Origin: the human T2T-CHM13v2.0 reference genome, Homo sapiens
Assembly (NCBI RefSeq): GCF_009914755.1
Contig: NC_060933.1
Reading direction: 5' to 3' (one strand)
DNA: 64,000 nucleotides
Positions 43,990-57,305 of this stretch are shown here, piece by piece. The first letter of the stretch is position 1. The number at the start of each line of letters is the position of its first letter. The position numbers were made by a program, and so were the translations under genes. Below the pieces are notes generated by a model. It had not been told where the DNA came from, did no database searches, and saw nothing but the letters and a program-made list of their open reading frames with translations.

Positions 43990-44222
43990 GATATGATGAT
44001 GCCTATAGATTTGGGGGAAAAGACAATATATTTAGTTTCATTCTTTGAAGGTTTACAACGCATTATTTTATTCACTGAAGATCCAAGGGTATTTAAAGTA
44101 ACATATGAAAGTGAGAAAGCAGAGTTAGCAGAGCAAGAAATTGCAGTGGCATTACAAGATGTTGGAATTTCTCTTGTCAACAATTACACGAAGCAAGAAG
44201 TAGCCTATATAGGCATTACAAG
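43990..44222 (+). CDS. VPS13A: VPS13A exon ~54 (233 nt)
   Basis: ttctag|GAT ATG...ACA AG|gttaga; DMMMPIDLGEKTIYLVSFFEGLQRIILFT...VAYIGIT. Confidence 0.95.
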
Positions 44223-45269
44223 GTTAGATGCATTAAATTTTGGATACATTTAAATGATCAGTTTCTAATTGTTAAGAAATTGTTATTGTAAAATCTCAAA
44301 TGATTTAGTTTCAGTTTTGTGCTTTGACTATTCATTGATACTGTGGTAGTGCTAGTTTTAAATGTGCTTGAGGGAATTTTTTGCCTTTTGAAATAAAGAT
44401 ATGGCAGAAATCAAATTTATAAACTCCTTATTATGTTAATCCTTCCACTTATCTAAAAAGTTATATTTATTCAACTTGCCAAAAGTATGTTTTGCATATC
44501 ATACAAAATGCTTAGTTCATTTTCCATTACCATCTAGCACAGTTCAGGGTACATATGCTGTAGCTGTTGGAGGATTAACATAGACAATCACTTTCTAATT
44601 TGACCTTGGCACTTTAAGATCTAATAAGATCTAATAAGGTGATCACTGTATTTATCATTTCTCGTATAAGACATCACCATTAAATCTTTTATCTCTCCCT
44701 TATGTCCTTATTATTCCTATTCATAAACAGTTGTTTTAATTTACATATATTAGTGCTTAATGTGAGAATATTTCTTCTGTATAACCAGGATAATGTAATT
44801 TTAATCCTTTTCTTGAATTAAATTCTTGAATATATATAAAGGTATATGATACAGATGTAAATTTAGTTTTCTATGTACATTAATCTATACGTGTCCCTGA
44901 CCTCTTATTGAATTGAATCAATGCCATTTTAAAAGGAATATTAAAATCTATATTCTTAAGAATTTTTATTCTCAAAAAATGTTTTTACTATTTAAATAGA
45001 TCAAATACACCATAGATTTTTAAGACCTTTAGACCTATTATATGTTATCTTCTAAGCTAAGTGATGTTAATGCAAAGATGAATAATACATGGTCTCTACC
45101 TTTCTGTTTCTTAAATGAATATAAGTTCTATAAGGAATAAACAAATAGAATGCTTTAATAAAATTAAACAACTTAAATATTTAAGTAACATATGAAAGTA
45201 ACATATGAAAGTGAGAAAGCAGAGTTAGCAGAGCAAGAAATTGCAGTGGCGCACTCTATATCCTAGATA

Positions 45270-47146
45270 ACTATTTTATACTTGTCTCCCCTTAAACCCC
45301 CATTGTGTCAGCTTACTACCTTGCATTCCACTTCACTGAAAAAATTGAACCCATCAAAAGCAAACTTCCAGAGACCCATCTCACCCCCCAATATCACAGC
45401 TTGCTATCTACCAGCGTTTGCATACTACTTGCTGTACTGACATACTCTCAACAGTTTACAGTAGATATATGTGCTCCTGTTTAAACAGATTTTTCTCTAC
45501 TTTTGCACTGTACTTCATTTCCTCTTACCTACTTGAGGACATTGTTCCAGCAGTCCTCTTCTTCATCTCTCCTAAGTCAACAGCTTTTGGGTCTCTACTG
45601 AATTGTTTCAGTGTTACTTCTCTCAACATAAAAAATTCTCTTGAGCCTACTTTCCTTGCTACCTGTTGCTCATTTCTTTCTTTGCATTTATAACCAAACA
45701 CCTCAAATGTACTGTCTGTTTCAAAGGAACTTAACATATCCTGTGTTCTCCAACTATTTTTCATCCATTTTCTCTTTAACCACTCCAAACAGGGTTTTGC
45801 TTTCAACACACCATGAAACTGGTTTTGTCAGCATTACCAGTGACCTCCATAATGCCATATCCAGTGTAGAATTATCGGTCTTTACTTAATAACATTTAAC
45901 ACAGATCCCTCCTTGATGTAGTTTCTTTCACGTGACTTCCAGAATACCTCACCATCTTGGTTTTTCTTCCTATCCAGTCTCATTCATTGGTTCCTTGTCT
46001 TCTCTCAACTGCTTACATTGGCTAAATGCCTTGAGGCTCTTAGACCTGGTCCTTTTCTCTTGTGGATTTCAGTTTTATGATTTCAAATACTGCCCAGAAT
46101 TTCTCTCTTAGGTATGTCTTCTGTCACACCTGTCATCTGACCTTAAGACTTCATATATCCAACTGTGCATGCAAAATCTCTATTCAGATATCTAAGAGAC
46201 TTCTTAAACTTCATATGTGTACACTAAACCTTTTATTTCCTCCTTCTACCAAAACTCCAGCTTTCCAATCAGAGTTAATAAAAAATAGCTCCTTCTAGTT
46301 ATGCAGCCCAAAAATATTGAAATTGTCTTCGATTCCTCTCTTTATCTTACACCCCAGACCTAATTCATCAAGAAGATCTGTGCTGGTTCTACCTTCAAAG
46401 TGCACATAGATCTGACCACTTTTCTAGTATCTCACTGTTAATAGCCTCATCAGGGCCATCACCATTTTTCAACTGGCTTACTGTAGTACACTAACAAGTT
46501 TTCCTGCTTCTAATCTTGACTCCACTCTTTTTTCTTTCCATCCACTTCAACACAGAGTGTATTCTTAACGAAATGTAAGTCAGATTATGTTGTTAGTTGT
46601 CTTATAACCGATCAGTGGTATCTCATCTCACTCAGAATAAAACTCAGAGTCTACAGTGGTCTACAATGCTTTACATTATTTGGCCCCCCACTATAAGTCT
46701 TACTTTATTTTCTATTCCTAATGTGTTCCTGACATGCCAGCCTCCTTGCTCTTCTTCATATACTGCAAGTGTGCCTCCTGCTTTAGCTGGCCTCTCTACC
46801 TGAAATGTTTTCCTCCTCTTGTCTGCTGGATAATTCTCTCAGCTCATTTAAGGTTGCCAAAATCTCACTTTCTCAATGAATCCCCCATTGACCACTCTAA
46901 TATTGAAGACCCCACCACTTTACATATTGCAGTTCTCCGGATCCCCCTTGCCTTGTCTACATTTTCTTCTTTCAAAAGCATTTTCACCTCCTACATATTA
47001 AATTTTACTAATTTATTTTGTTTACTATTTATTTTCACTCCCCCACTAAAATGAAGCTCCAGAATGACAGAGATGTTCACTGATAATGGCTGTAACACCT
47101 AGAATAGTGCCTCAGTAGTAGCTTAATAGGTAGTAGTTGAATGAAT
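45270..47146 (+). mobile_element. L2 LINE fragment (~1.9 kb)
   Basis: CT-rich L2 body ending '...tagtagttgaatgaat'; 5' boundary approximate. Confidence 0.75.
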
Positions 47147-47294
47147 TCATGTTTTTAAATTTGTAATATGCTCACTTGTAATTGAGGCTGTTCTGAAATT
47201 TTAGTGAAGGTATTGTAATTCATGTAATAAACCAGTTAAAATAAATGTTAATAACTTAGTATTAAATACTATGATTTTTGCTTTCTTAAATAAG

Positions 47295-47448
47295 TTCTGA
47301 TGTGGTTTGGGAAACAAAGCCCAAGAAGAAGGCAAGATGGAAGCCAATGAGTGTAAAGCACACTGAGAAGTTAGAGAGAGAATTTAAGGAATATACTGAA
47401 TCTTCTCCTTCAGAAGATAAGGTTATTCAGTTGGACACTAATGTTCCG
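47295..47448 (+). CDS. VPS13A: VPS13A exon ~55 (154 nt), WWE-like segment
   Basis: aataag|T TCT...GTT CCG|gtaata (weak AAG acceptor); SDVVWETKPKKKARWKPMSVKHTEKLEREF... Confidence 0.92.
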
Positions 47449-47618
47449 GTAATATTTTTAAGTACTGATGTGAAGTTTTAATTTTTTGCCTGTCGTAGTT
47501 TGGTGAATCACTAGTGAAATTTAAGGAAAGTTTGGCTTCCTTATAAAACAAAATAATCCTGTCATACATACCTTGTATAAAATGTTTTAAAGAGGTGTTT
47601 ATCTATATTAAGAAATCA

Positions 47619-47930
47619 GGCTGGGCGCAGTGGTTCACACCTGTAATCCCAGCACTTTGGGAGGCTGAGGCAGGCGGATTACTTGAGGTCAGGAGTTCGA
47701 GACCAGCCTGGCCAACATGGCAAACCCTGTCTCTGCTAAAAATACAAAAATTAGCCAGGCATGGTGGCAGGCGCCTGTAATCCCCGCTATTCAGGAGGCT
47801 GAGGCATGAGAATGCCTTGAACCCAGGAGGTGGAGGTTGCAGTGAACCAAGATGGCCCCACTGCGCTCCAGCCTGGCTGACAGCAAGACTCTGTCTCAAA
47901 AAAAAAAAAAAAAAAAAAAAAAAGAAAAGA
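47619..47930 (+). mobile_element. AluS
   Basis: full-length sense Alu, long A tail. Confidence 0.92.
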
Positions 47931-48272
47931 AAACTTTCTTTTAAGATACTAGATGCTAATGATCTGTTCTTTGGGTTAGCAGGAAACTTAAAAATGTTTT
48001 ATTTTTTCACTGTACTTTCTTTAAATATTTTATTTTTCCTTTATTCATTTTTATTGTGGTAAATTTTAGTACATTTATGTAAAAAGTAATGCAGTGAAGC
48101 TTTGTAAGAATTATATGAATATGTGAATTTTATGGACATGGGATATTAAGATCTAAATCTAAACTAATACAAATATGTAGCTTACTGTTTTAAAAAGTTT
48201 TTGGCATTAATTTCTAATTCTAGTCATTTATAGATAAATTAATTTTTTCATTTGGGGGGACATATTTTTCAG

Positions 48273-48419
48273 GTTCGCCTAACCCCTACTGGTCATAACA
48301 TGAAAATTCTGCAGCCGCATGTAATAGCTCTACGAAGAAATTATCTTCCAGCATTAAAAGTGGAATATAACACATCTGCACATCAATCATCATTTAGAAT
48401 TCAGATTTACAGAATACAG
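48273..48419 (+). CDS. VPS13A: VPS13A exon ~56 (147 nt)
   Basis: tttcag|GTT CGC...ATA CAG|gtaagt; VRLTPTGHNMKILQPHVIALRRNYLPALKVEYNTSAHQSSFRIQIYRIQ. Confidence 0.95.
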
Positions 48420-48533
48420 GTAAGTCTTTCTGAAAATATAGGCAAAATTGTATTCTAAAGGAATGCAATAAGAAACCAGATCTATTCCCATGGTCTGCTT
48501 TATCTAGTATTCAGTTTCAATGTTGTGCTAGCC

Positions 48534-48838
48534 TTTTTTTTTTTTTTTTTTTTTTGAGACAGAGTCTCCCTCTGTCGCCCAGGCTAGAGTGCAGTGGCGG
48601 AATCTCAGCTCACTGCAAACCCTGCCTCCCAGGTTCAAGCGATTCTGCTGCCTCAGCCTCCTGAGTAGCTGGGATTACAGGTGCCCACCACCATGGCCAC
48701 CTAATTTTTGTATTTTTAGTAGAGACGGGGTTTCACCATGTGGGCCAGGCTGGTCTCAAACTCCTGACCCCAGATGATCCACCCGCCTCGGCCTCCCAAA
48801 GTGCTGGGATTACAGGCGTGAGCCACCGTGCTTGGTCA
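48534..48838 (-). mobile_element. AluS
   Basis: antisense Alu; TSD gctag(c/a)ctttt. Confidence 0.92.
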
Positions 48839-48938
48839 CCGCTAGACTTTTTGATTCTTTTTGTTCCTCAAATCCTGTTATTCTGGTCAGGTTGTATAAT
48901 TGACATATTAATATACTGATGTGTTTTTATTTTCTTAG

Positions 48939-49020
48939 ATCCAAAATCAGATACATGGTGCTGTATTTCCCTTTGTGTTTTATCCTGTTAAACCTCCAAA
49001 GTCGGTCACCATGGATTCAG
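48939..49020 (+). CDS. VPS13A: VPS13A exon ~57 (82 nt)
   Basis: tcttag|ATC CAA...TCA G|gtttgt; IQNQIHGAVFPFVFYPVKPPKSVTMDS. Confidence 0.93.
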
Positions 49021-49914
49021 GTTTGTTTTTATTTTTAGATTTCCATAAAAGCAGTTGTATTAGCTATTTGATTTACTTTACTATAAAAATATGAAGTGAA
49101 ACCATTCTTGGGTTTAATTTTTATAGGATAATTGGAAAATTAAACTGCTTGAAAAAGGACCAGCAAGTACTATACACAACTAACTTTGATAAGATTTTGA
49201 GTGAATCTTGAAGAAAAGATTGATTAGAAACATATATTGAAATTTTTAGAAATACTAATTTAAAAAGCAGATAATCTGTAAACCTGCGATTTAAAAACCT
49301 TTAAAGCCTTTGAATGAACAATAAGGAAGTTCAAATCTAGAGTGTTTTCTAACAGCAGAAACTGTCCTATGTTCTCCAAATAAGAATAACTGACAAGTCC
49401 TTTCTACCCTTTTCTTTCCCTTTGCCTTTCTTGTTTCCTGCATATCCCTCTTCCCCCTACTTTCTCTTCCCTCCTCACTACCCTACTTAACTTTCTTCTC
49501 CCCTTGCTTTCCCACCTCCACCCCACACCACTTCTTCTAAACTATCCTGGGGGGAGTACTCTTTATAACTCGCTCAGAAGCTTTTTGGCCAGTATAATGC
49601 GTAAGCCCTTCCACCTAGAGGTCTGGAGCAAGTCCCCAGAATCTGTTTTCACAAAGTTTCCCTGATGATTCTAATGCATACTTCTAAACTGCTAATTGTA
49701 GAATTAGTTATCTTCAGAGTAACTATAGATAGTTTTAAAAACAATGCTAGAGTCTGAAATTAAGATTGTAGTAGATTTTGCCAATATCAGTAATTTTAAC
49801 TGATATTTATTATTTAGTAAATGATTTAATTTTCCATTGTGGTGTATATTGGAAGAAAATGCCTAGCTTTTGCTTAAAGCATCATGGGAGTAATTATATT
49901 TATAACCTTTACAG

Positions 49915-49984
49915 CACCAAAGCCCTTTACAGATGTCAGTATTGTCATGAGATCTGCAGGACATTCCCAGATATCACGTATTAA
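49915..49984 (+). CDS. VPS13A: VPS13A exon ~58 (70 nt)
   Basis: ttacag|CA CCA...ATT AA|gtaagt; PKPFTDVSIVMRSAGHSQISRI. Confidence 0.93.
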
Positions 49985-50128
49985 GTAAGTGTCTTAATAC
50001 ATTTCTTGTATATTTATTTAATGTTTGATTTAAATATATGAATTGTTTGTACTCTTTAAATGTTAGACAAGTCAAAGATTTAAGCATAAAATATTAATTA
50101 TAAACGTCAAATAAAAAAATATAATGTT

Positions 50129-50414
50129 GTGGCTCACGCCTGTAATGCCAGCACTTTGGGAGACCTAGACAGGCTGATCACTTGAGGTCGGGAGTTCGAG
50201 ACCAACCTGGCCAACACGGTGAAACCCCAACTCTACTAAAAATACAAAAATTAGCCAGGCGTGGTGGCACGTGCCCAGAGTCCCAACTACTCAGGAGGCT
50301 GAGGCACGAGAATCGCTTGAACCCAGGAGGCAGAGCTTGCAGTTAGCTGAGATCACACCACTGCACTCCAGCCTGGGTGACAGAGCAAGACTGTCTCAAA
50401 AAAAAAAAAAAAAA
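50129..50414 (+). mobile_element. AluS (slightly 5'-truncated)
   Basis: sense Alu starting at 'gtggctcacgcc'. Confidence 0.9.
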
Positions 50415-51117
50415 GGCGGCTCTGGATGAAATACATCTAGGTATTTATAATCATTGTTTCTGGATTTTGGATATTTTATTATTCTCTTGTACTTGTATTT
50501 GTTTTTTGTTTGGGGTTGTCTATAATCATATATTGTTTTGAAAAAGGAAAACAATAATATTTTCGTCTTCACTCACTACCCATTCCAAGAAACAGAAGAT
50601 GGACTGAAACATCTATGTAATAATCTCCTGTCTAATTTCCCTTACCTTGTCACCAAGATAACCTATCTTTATTTCCTTGCTGTTTAAAATATAGTTTTAT
50701 TGTTCATGTGTACCTAAACATTATGCCTTTTAGTTTTAATTTTTTTCTAATTTTTAGAAAATTGTTTCAGGCCGGAAATAGATGTTGGGACTTGCTTTTG
50801 TTCATTCAACATTTTTATTAAAATTTATTCATTTTGTTGTATGTAGCCATAGTTTATTCATTATCACTAATATATAATATTCTGTTTTATGACTCTGTAT
50901 GACAGTTTACTTATCTGGTTCCTCTTTATGGCCATTTTCATATTTTGACTTTGTTGCTGTTATTAACAGTGTTCCATGATTTTTTAAAATTTAGTCAACT
51001 AAATAGTCCTAAGTTTCAAAGTTCTAATATTGATCTCATACTTTTTTCTCATCTAATTTTTGTAATACAGTTGTTAATTGATGATTTTTAAAAAATGTTT
51101 TCTACTTTGTAATACAG

Positions 51118-51223
51118 GTATTTCAAAGTATTGATTCAAGAAATGGATCTCAGGTTAGATCTTGGGTTTATCTATGCTTTAACAGACCTTATGACAGAAG
51201 CTGAGGTGACTGAAAATACAGAG
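51118..51223 (+). CDS. VPS13A: VPS13A exon ~59 (106 nt)
   Basis: atacag|G TAT...ACA GAG|gtaaga; YFKVLIQEMDLRLDLGFIYALTDLMTEAEVTENTE. Confidence 0.94.
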
Positions 51224-51696
51224 GTAAGACTTAAAATAATAACATTTGATGGAAAGGATTAGGGAAAAGATATTATTATAAATTTTTAAAGGTATTAAAA
51301 TGACTTTGTTGCATTTTAAAAATACAATTAAATAAATTTTATTACTCTCTTGTGGTACATACCTTTTTAGAAATCTTATTTTCTGATGATAGAAAATTAG
51401 CAAACAGGAGGAAAGGCTTGGGGTGAATAGCAGGGAGAAAAGGATAATTTGTCATGTTCACATCACTTTTTTCCTCTTTTATTTTCCTGGATTACTTTGG
51501 CTTTGCTTTCACTTTAATAATTTAGAAATTTAGGGTATGTCCAGGATATTTAATGGGAGAAAGGATAGGAAAATTAAAAGGTGGTATCATCTGGGTGACT
51601 GGAAGACCATAAAATCATAGTTATAAAGTGGGTCAGATATAGTCTGTTTTTCACTTGCCCTCATAGATTCATGGATGGAGAAAGAGCAAATTAGTA

Positions 51697-53967
51697 ACAG
51701 TCTATTGAGGTATAGATCACATACCATACATTTCACCCATTTAAAAGATAGGGTTCAATGACTTTTAATGTATTCACAAAGTTGTACAATCATCATCACT
51801 CTCTAATTCCGGAACATTTTCATCATCCCCAAAAGGAACTGCCTGTGCAGCCACTGATACACTTTGTGTCTTTAGGTTTGCCTATTCTGAATATTTCATA
51901 CAAATAGAATCATACACTGTGTAGTCTTTTGTGAAGGGCTTCTTTGACTTAGCATAATGCTTTCAAGGTGCATCTATGTTGTAGCATGTATCAGTACTTC
52001 ATTCCTTTTTATGGTTAAGTGATATTCCATTATATGGATGGGCCACATTTTGTTTATCCATATATCTGTTAATGGACGTTTGGGTTGTTTACACATTTTG
52101 GCTTTTATGGATAATGTAATGAATACTGGTGTACAAGTTTTTATTGGACAAAAACTTTATTAAAAGTCTTAAACTATTTAAACTTAATCACCATGTGATT
52201 AAGCAATTCCAATCCTAGGTATATAGCCAAAAGAAATAAAATTTTATTAGAAGTGGAATTGCTCAATCACATAGTAACCTTATATTTAATCATTTGGGAC
52301 TGTTAGGCAGTTGTGCAAAGTGCCTCCACCATTTTACATTCTTACCAGAGCATATGAGGGCTCTGATTTTTCCATATTATCCCCAACACTTGTTACTATC
52401 TGTCTTTGATTCTAGCAATCATAATGGGTGAATGTGAAATAGTTTGTCATTGTGGTTTTGACATGTAATTACCTGATGACTAATGATGTTGAGCATCTTT
52501 GATATGTTGATTATCCTTTAATATGTTAAGTAGTTAATTTGCATATCTTATGTGAAGAAATGTCCATTCAGATCCTTTGCTTATTATTTAATGAGTTATT
52601 TGTCTTTTTTCTTATAAAAGTTATTTGCATATTCTCGATACAGGTCTCTTATCAGATACATAATTTTCAAATATTTTCTCTCATTCTGTGTGTTGCTTTT
52701 TCACTTTCTTGATGTTGTCTATTGAAAATCAAAAGTTAAAGTTAATGAAGTTCAAATTATTTTTTATTTTGTTGCTCATGCTTTTGGTGTCATTTCTAAG
52801 AATCCTTAGCCAAATCCAAGGTCATGAATATCTTACGTTTTACGAATTTTAAAGATCTAGCTCTTATGATTAGGTCTTTGATCAATTTTTAGTTCATTTT
52901 TGTATATGATGTATAAGGATCCAAATTATTCTTTGGCATGTTGCTATCCAGTTGTCCTATTACCATTTCTTTAAAAGACTATTTGTTCTTTGAATGGTCT
53001 TGACACCCTAGTTGAAAATCAGTTAACAACACACATGTGATTTTATTCCGTCGATCTGTGCATCTGCCCTTGTGCATTGCACACTGTCTTAGTTATTGTT
53101 TTGTATTAAGTTTTGAAATTGGGACATATGTATCTTCCTACTTTGTCCTTCTTTTTCAAGATGGGTTTGGCTGTTCTGAGTCCTTTGAAATTTCATATGA
53201 ATTTTAGAATCAACTTGTCAGGTTCTTCAAAGAAGTCAGCTGGACATCTGATAGAGACTGCATTGAATCTGTAAATCAATTTGGGAAGTATTGCCATCCT
53301 AACAGTATTAGGTCTTTCAGTCCTTGCACATGACATGTTTATCCATTTATGTAGATTTTTAATTTTTTTTAACAATGTTTTGTTGTTTTTCAGAGTGTAA
53401 GTTTTACACATTTTTCATTAAATTTATTCCTATGTATTATATTCTTCTTATAGTATTATGAATAAAATTGATTTTTTAATTCCATTTTTGGATTGTTCAT
53501 TGCTACTGTATAAAAATGCAGTTGATTTTTTTATACTGATCTTGTATTTTGCACCCCTACTGAATTGTTAGCTCTATTTGTTGTTCCGTATATTCTTTTG
53601 GGATTTCTATACATAAGATCATGTCATCTGAGAGGAGAGGTAGTTTTACTTCATTCTTTCTGATCTGAATGCCTTTGTTTCTTCTTCTTCCCTAGTTGTT
53701 GTGTCTAGAAATTGGTGACACATTAAACAGAAGTGCCAAGAGCAGACATTCTTCTTTTGCCTCTGATCTTGGAGGGTAAATTTTCAGTCTTTGAGTATGA
53801 TATTGACCCTGGGTTTTTCCTAGACATCCTTTTTCAGGTTGAGGAAGTTCTTTTCTTAGTTGGTTGAGTGTTTTTAATCATGATTATATATTTTGTCATT
53901 CTTTTTCTGCATCTATGGAAATGATTGTACACTTTTTGGGTTTTGTTCTACTGATATGTTTTATTAC

Positions 53968-53970
<3 letters not shown>
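51697..53970 (-). mobile_element. L1MB-like LINE (3' UTR plus ORF2), antisense
   Basis: L1M 3' end 'ttgaggtatagatcacataccatacatttcacccatttaaa'; ORF2 remnant MAILPKLIYRFNA (track ORF 53193..53411). Confidence 0.8.
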
Positions 53971-53972
<2 letters not shown>

Positions 53973-53998
<26 letters not shown>

Positions 53999-54197
53999 TG
54001 AGACCTAGGCTCGCTCTGTCTCCCAGGCTGGAGTGCAATGCTGCAAAAGCAATCTCAGCTCACTACAACCTCCGCCTCGTGGGTTTGTGCAATTCTCGTT
54101 TTTCAGCCTCCCTCCCGAGTAGCTGGGATTACAGGCGTGTGCCAAAATGCCCAGCTAATTTTTGTAATTTTAGTAGAGACAGGGTTTCACCATGTTT
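53973..54197 (-). mobile_element. AluS, truncated and rearranged
   Basis: polyT plus Alu body ending at 'tttcaccatgtt'; no TSD seen. Confidence 0.8.
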
Positions 54198-54722
54198 CTG
54201 TGTTTTTTGTTCTGACCTCAGGAAAACTCCTATTTGTCACTTTCTCTGATTTTCTCCTGCAAACTATTAGGTCTACAGGTTAGCCAGTATCTTCTGTAAA
54301 TCAATGACTTTCCTTTTAGTTGTCTTTCACCACATCTGCTGTTTCTGAGAGCCCTTAGGCTCGAACTGCACTATATGTTATAAGTGAAATTAGTTCCTTT
54401 GGGAAGAGATTAATAGTTACCTGTTTTAAAACCTACTTTCCCCATCAGCAAAAATCCCTAAACCAGGCCTCTGAAGCTGGCAGTGGGAACAGTTGTGACA
54501 CCCTTCTATTTGAGTAACACCCCAGTTTAGGAGCTGAGCACTATGTGTGGTGGGGTAAGAGGAGCAGTGGCCTGAGATGATCTCAGCTTGCCTTTGCTGG
54601 CATGGAACCACCACATTACAGGCCTGGGCAAGAGTGATCAGAACTCTAGTATTCTCAGTGGTACTGTACCCAAGGCAGAGCTTTTTTACCCTGCACAGAG
54701 GCTGGACAGAGAAAGGAAGCCC

Positions 54723-55074
<352 letters not shown>

Positions 55075-56038
55075 TTAACCTCAGCAGCAGGTAGCTGGGA
55101 ACAGGATGAGAAATGCTGACGTCCTGTTCTTCCCAGGAAGGAAGTCCTCCAATTGAGGACTGGGCCAAGAAGGAGCTCTGTGTTCTTGGGTATACTAGTC
55201 TAGAGTAGAATTCTGGCTCATTAGTCTGGGAGAGGGGACAGAGGGAATGGCCTTTGTTAAAACACCACGGATTCGCTTTTCTTACCAAATTCTTTAGGTT
55301 TTCTTAAATAGATGTTTCTTCATTTGCTTATGACCTTAAAACCATTCCTAGAGGCCTTAAATTTGTTGTTGTTGTTGTTTAAATTTTATCAGTTTAGCTG
55401 GGGTGCTGGTTTGAAGAGCTTCCCACTGTCATTTCAGAAATTGATTTCTAAATATACTTTTTATAAGGCTATCATTTCTTATGTTTTTATGAATATGTTA
55501 AAATGTGAATCTTGGGGCTCATTTTTCAACACATAGAAGTTACTTCCGTCTGAGCATTTAAAGGAGAAGTATTGATGAATATCAAGAATGAAACCACCAA
55601 TCAATTAATGCAAAATTGTTTTCAACACCTTCTTTATTTTATTATATTACTGATCTGTGTAGGTTGCATTAAAGCAATTACAAGTAGACTACAAAATACA
55701 AGTTGACTGTATGATTATGTTTAAAGAAACAAATATACCCAAGAGAGTGTTGATGGTATGGATTAATGTCATTTTGGGATAAGATTTATAGTCACATGGA
55801 GAAAAGCTTAGTGTCTTTTAATGGTTTGGATAGAAATATAGAAGATAATGCTTGTTGGTTTGTCAGTGGCAGACAGAACTGTCCTATAGATAGAGATGTT
55901 ACTTTCCCTTCTGAGGCAATCATAAGCAATGTTGAGTCTGGATCTTATAGAAGAGTTTTGGCAGTGTGTCTTCTATTTGCTTAAATATCTCATGCAGGTA
56001 GGTCCCTTTAGTTTTAATATTTTGTGTTCCTTTTATAG

Positions 56039-56152
56039 GTTGAGCTTTTTCATAAAGATATAGAAGCTTTCAAAGAAGAATATAAAACAGCCTCATTAGT
56101 AGATCAATCACAAGTCAGCCTCTATGAATATTTTCATATATCTCCTATCAAG
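56039..56152 (+). CDS. VPS13A: VPS13A exon ~60 (114 nt)
   Basis: ttatag|GTT GAG...ATC AAG|gtagga; VELFHKDIEAFKEEYKTASLVDQSQVSLYEYFHISPIK. Confidence 0.94.
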
Positions 56153-56666
56153 GTAGGAGAAAGTCATTTTTATTGTCCTTGATAATCTAGGTAATAGCAA
56201 ATTGATGTAGCATTTATATTGTGTTCTTCAGTAATATATAAAATCTGTAAATATACAATTAAACTAAGTAACAAAGGAATTACCCTTTTACATTTTTATT
56301 TATTTTTAAATAACTTTTTATCATGTGGAGCCACCTATAGCATGTATTTATGTTTATAATTTGACCTAACATTATTTTACCTTGATTTTCTGTTAAGCTG
56401 TTAGGTGACAATTTTCAAAATTTTGCATATGATGATTTGTGTATTAGTTTTAAAGTAATTTATAAAGTAGCCTTAAGAACTGAAGACTGAATGGTATCAA
56501 ATCTAAGTTAGTTTTTAGTGCAAAATTCCTATAAGCTAATTATACAATAATAGAAGAAAATTACTAAACAACCATATATGTAGAGTATATATGCAATACA
56601 ATACAAAAGTGTTTTTTAACTGGCTATTAACTTCTGAAATAATTGAAACATATACTTTTGGAGATA

Positions 56667-56979
56667 CAAATACCTTTCAGCTTATGACAGAGTTACATCT
56701 CAGTAAAGCCATCATGAGTTGAAAATCTTGTAAGTCAGAAATGCATTGAATACACCTAACCTACTGAACATTAAAGCTTAGCCTAGCCTGTCTTAAACAT
56801 GCTCAAAACAGCTGGGCAAAATCATCTAACACAATGCCTATTTTCTAATAAAGTTATTATAAAGAATTTTGAATCAAAATTCAAAGTACAGTTTCCACTG
56901 AAGGTGTATTGCTTTTGCAGCATTGTAAAGTTGAAAAATCATAAGTGAAACATAAGTCATATAAGTTGGGGACCATATG
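56667..56979 (+). mobile_element. MER47A-like Tigger MITE
   Basis: TA-flanked; 'aatacacctaacctactgaacatt...gcttagcctagcc' matches recalled consensus. Confidence 0.72.
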
Positions 56980-57305
56980 TATTTGAGTCATTTTCAACAG
57001 CTTCAACTTTTAGATTTTTAATGTTATTAACAAATATATAAAAATTAATATTTTCTTAGGTTTGCCAAAAGAATGGGATAGGATTAAATATCATGCTATC
57101 TTAAATTGTTGAATTGAAGATTTAAATAGAGCTATGTTAGATTTTAAATTTCTTCATATTTCTACTTAGTGATTTTAACATAATCCAGATAACTTTGAAA
57201 TCTTATTTATGGTGTAGTGAATTTAAAATTAAACTGATTTTTTAAGAGTTAAAATTGTCAATATGAAGAAAATACTTTTAAATATTTATCTCTTTATCTT
57301 TTTAG

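Noticed and set aside
55995-56003. Donor-like CAG|GTAGGT just upstream of exon 60
   Set aside because: It would define a 41-nt intron, too short for human splicing, and exons 59 and 60 already join in frame.
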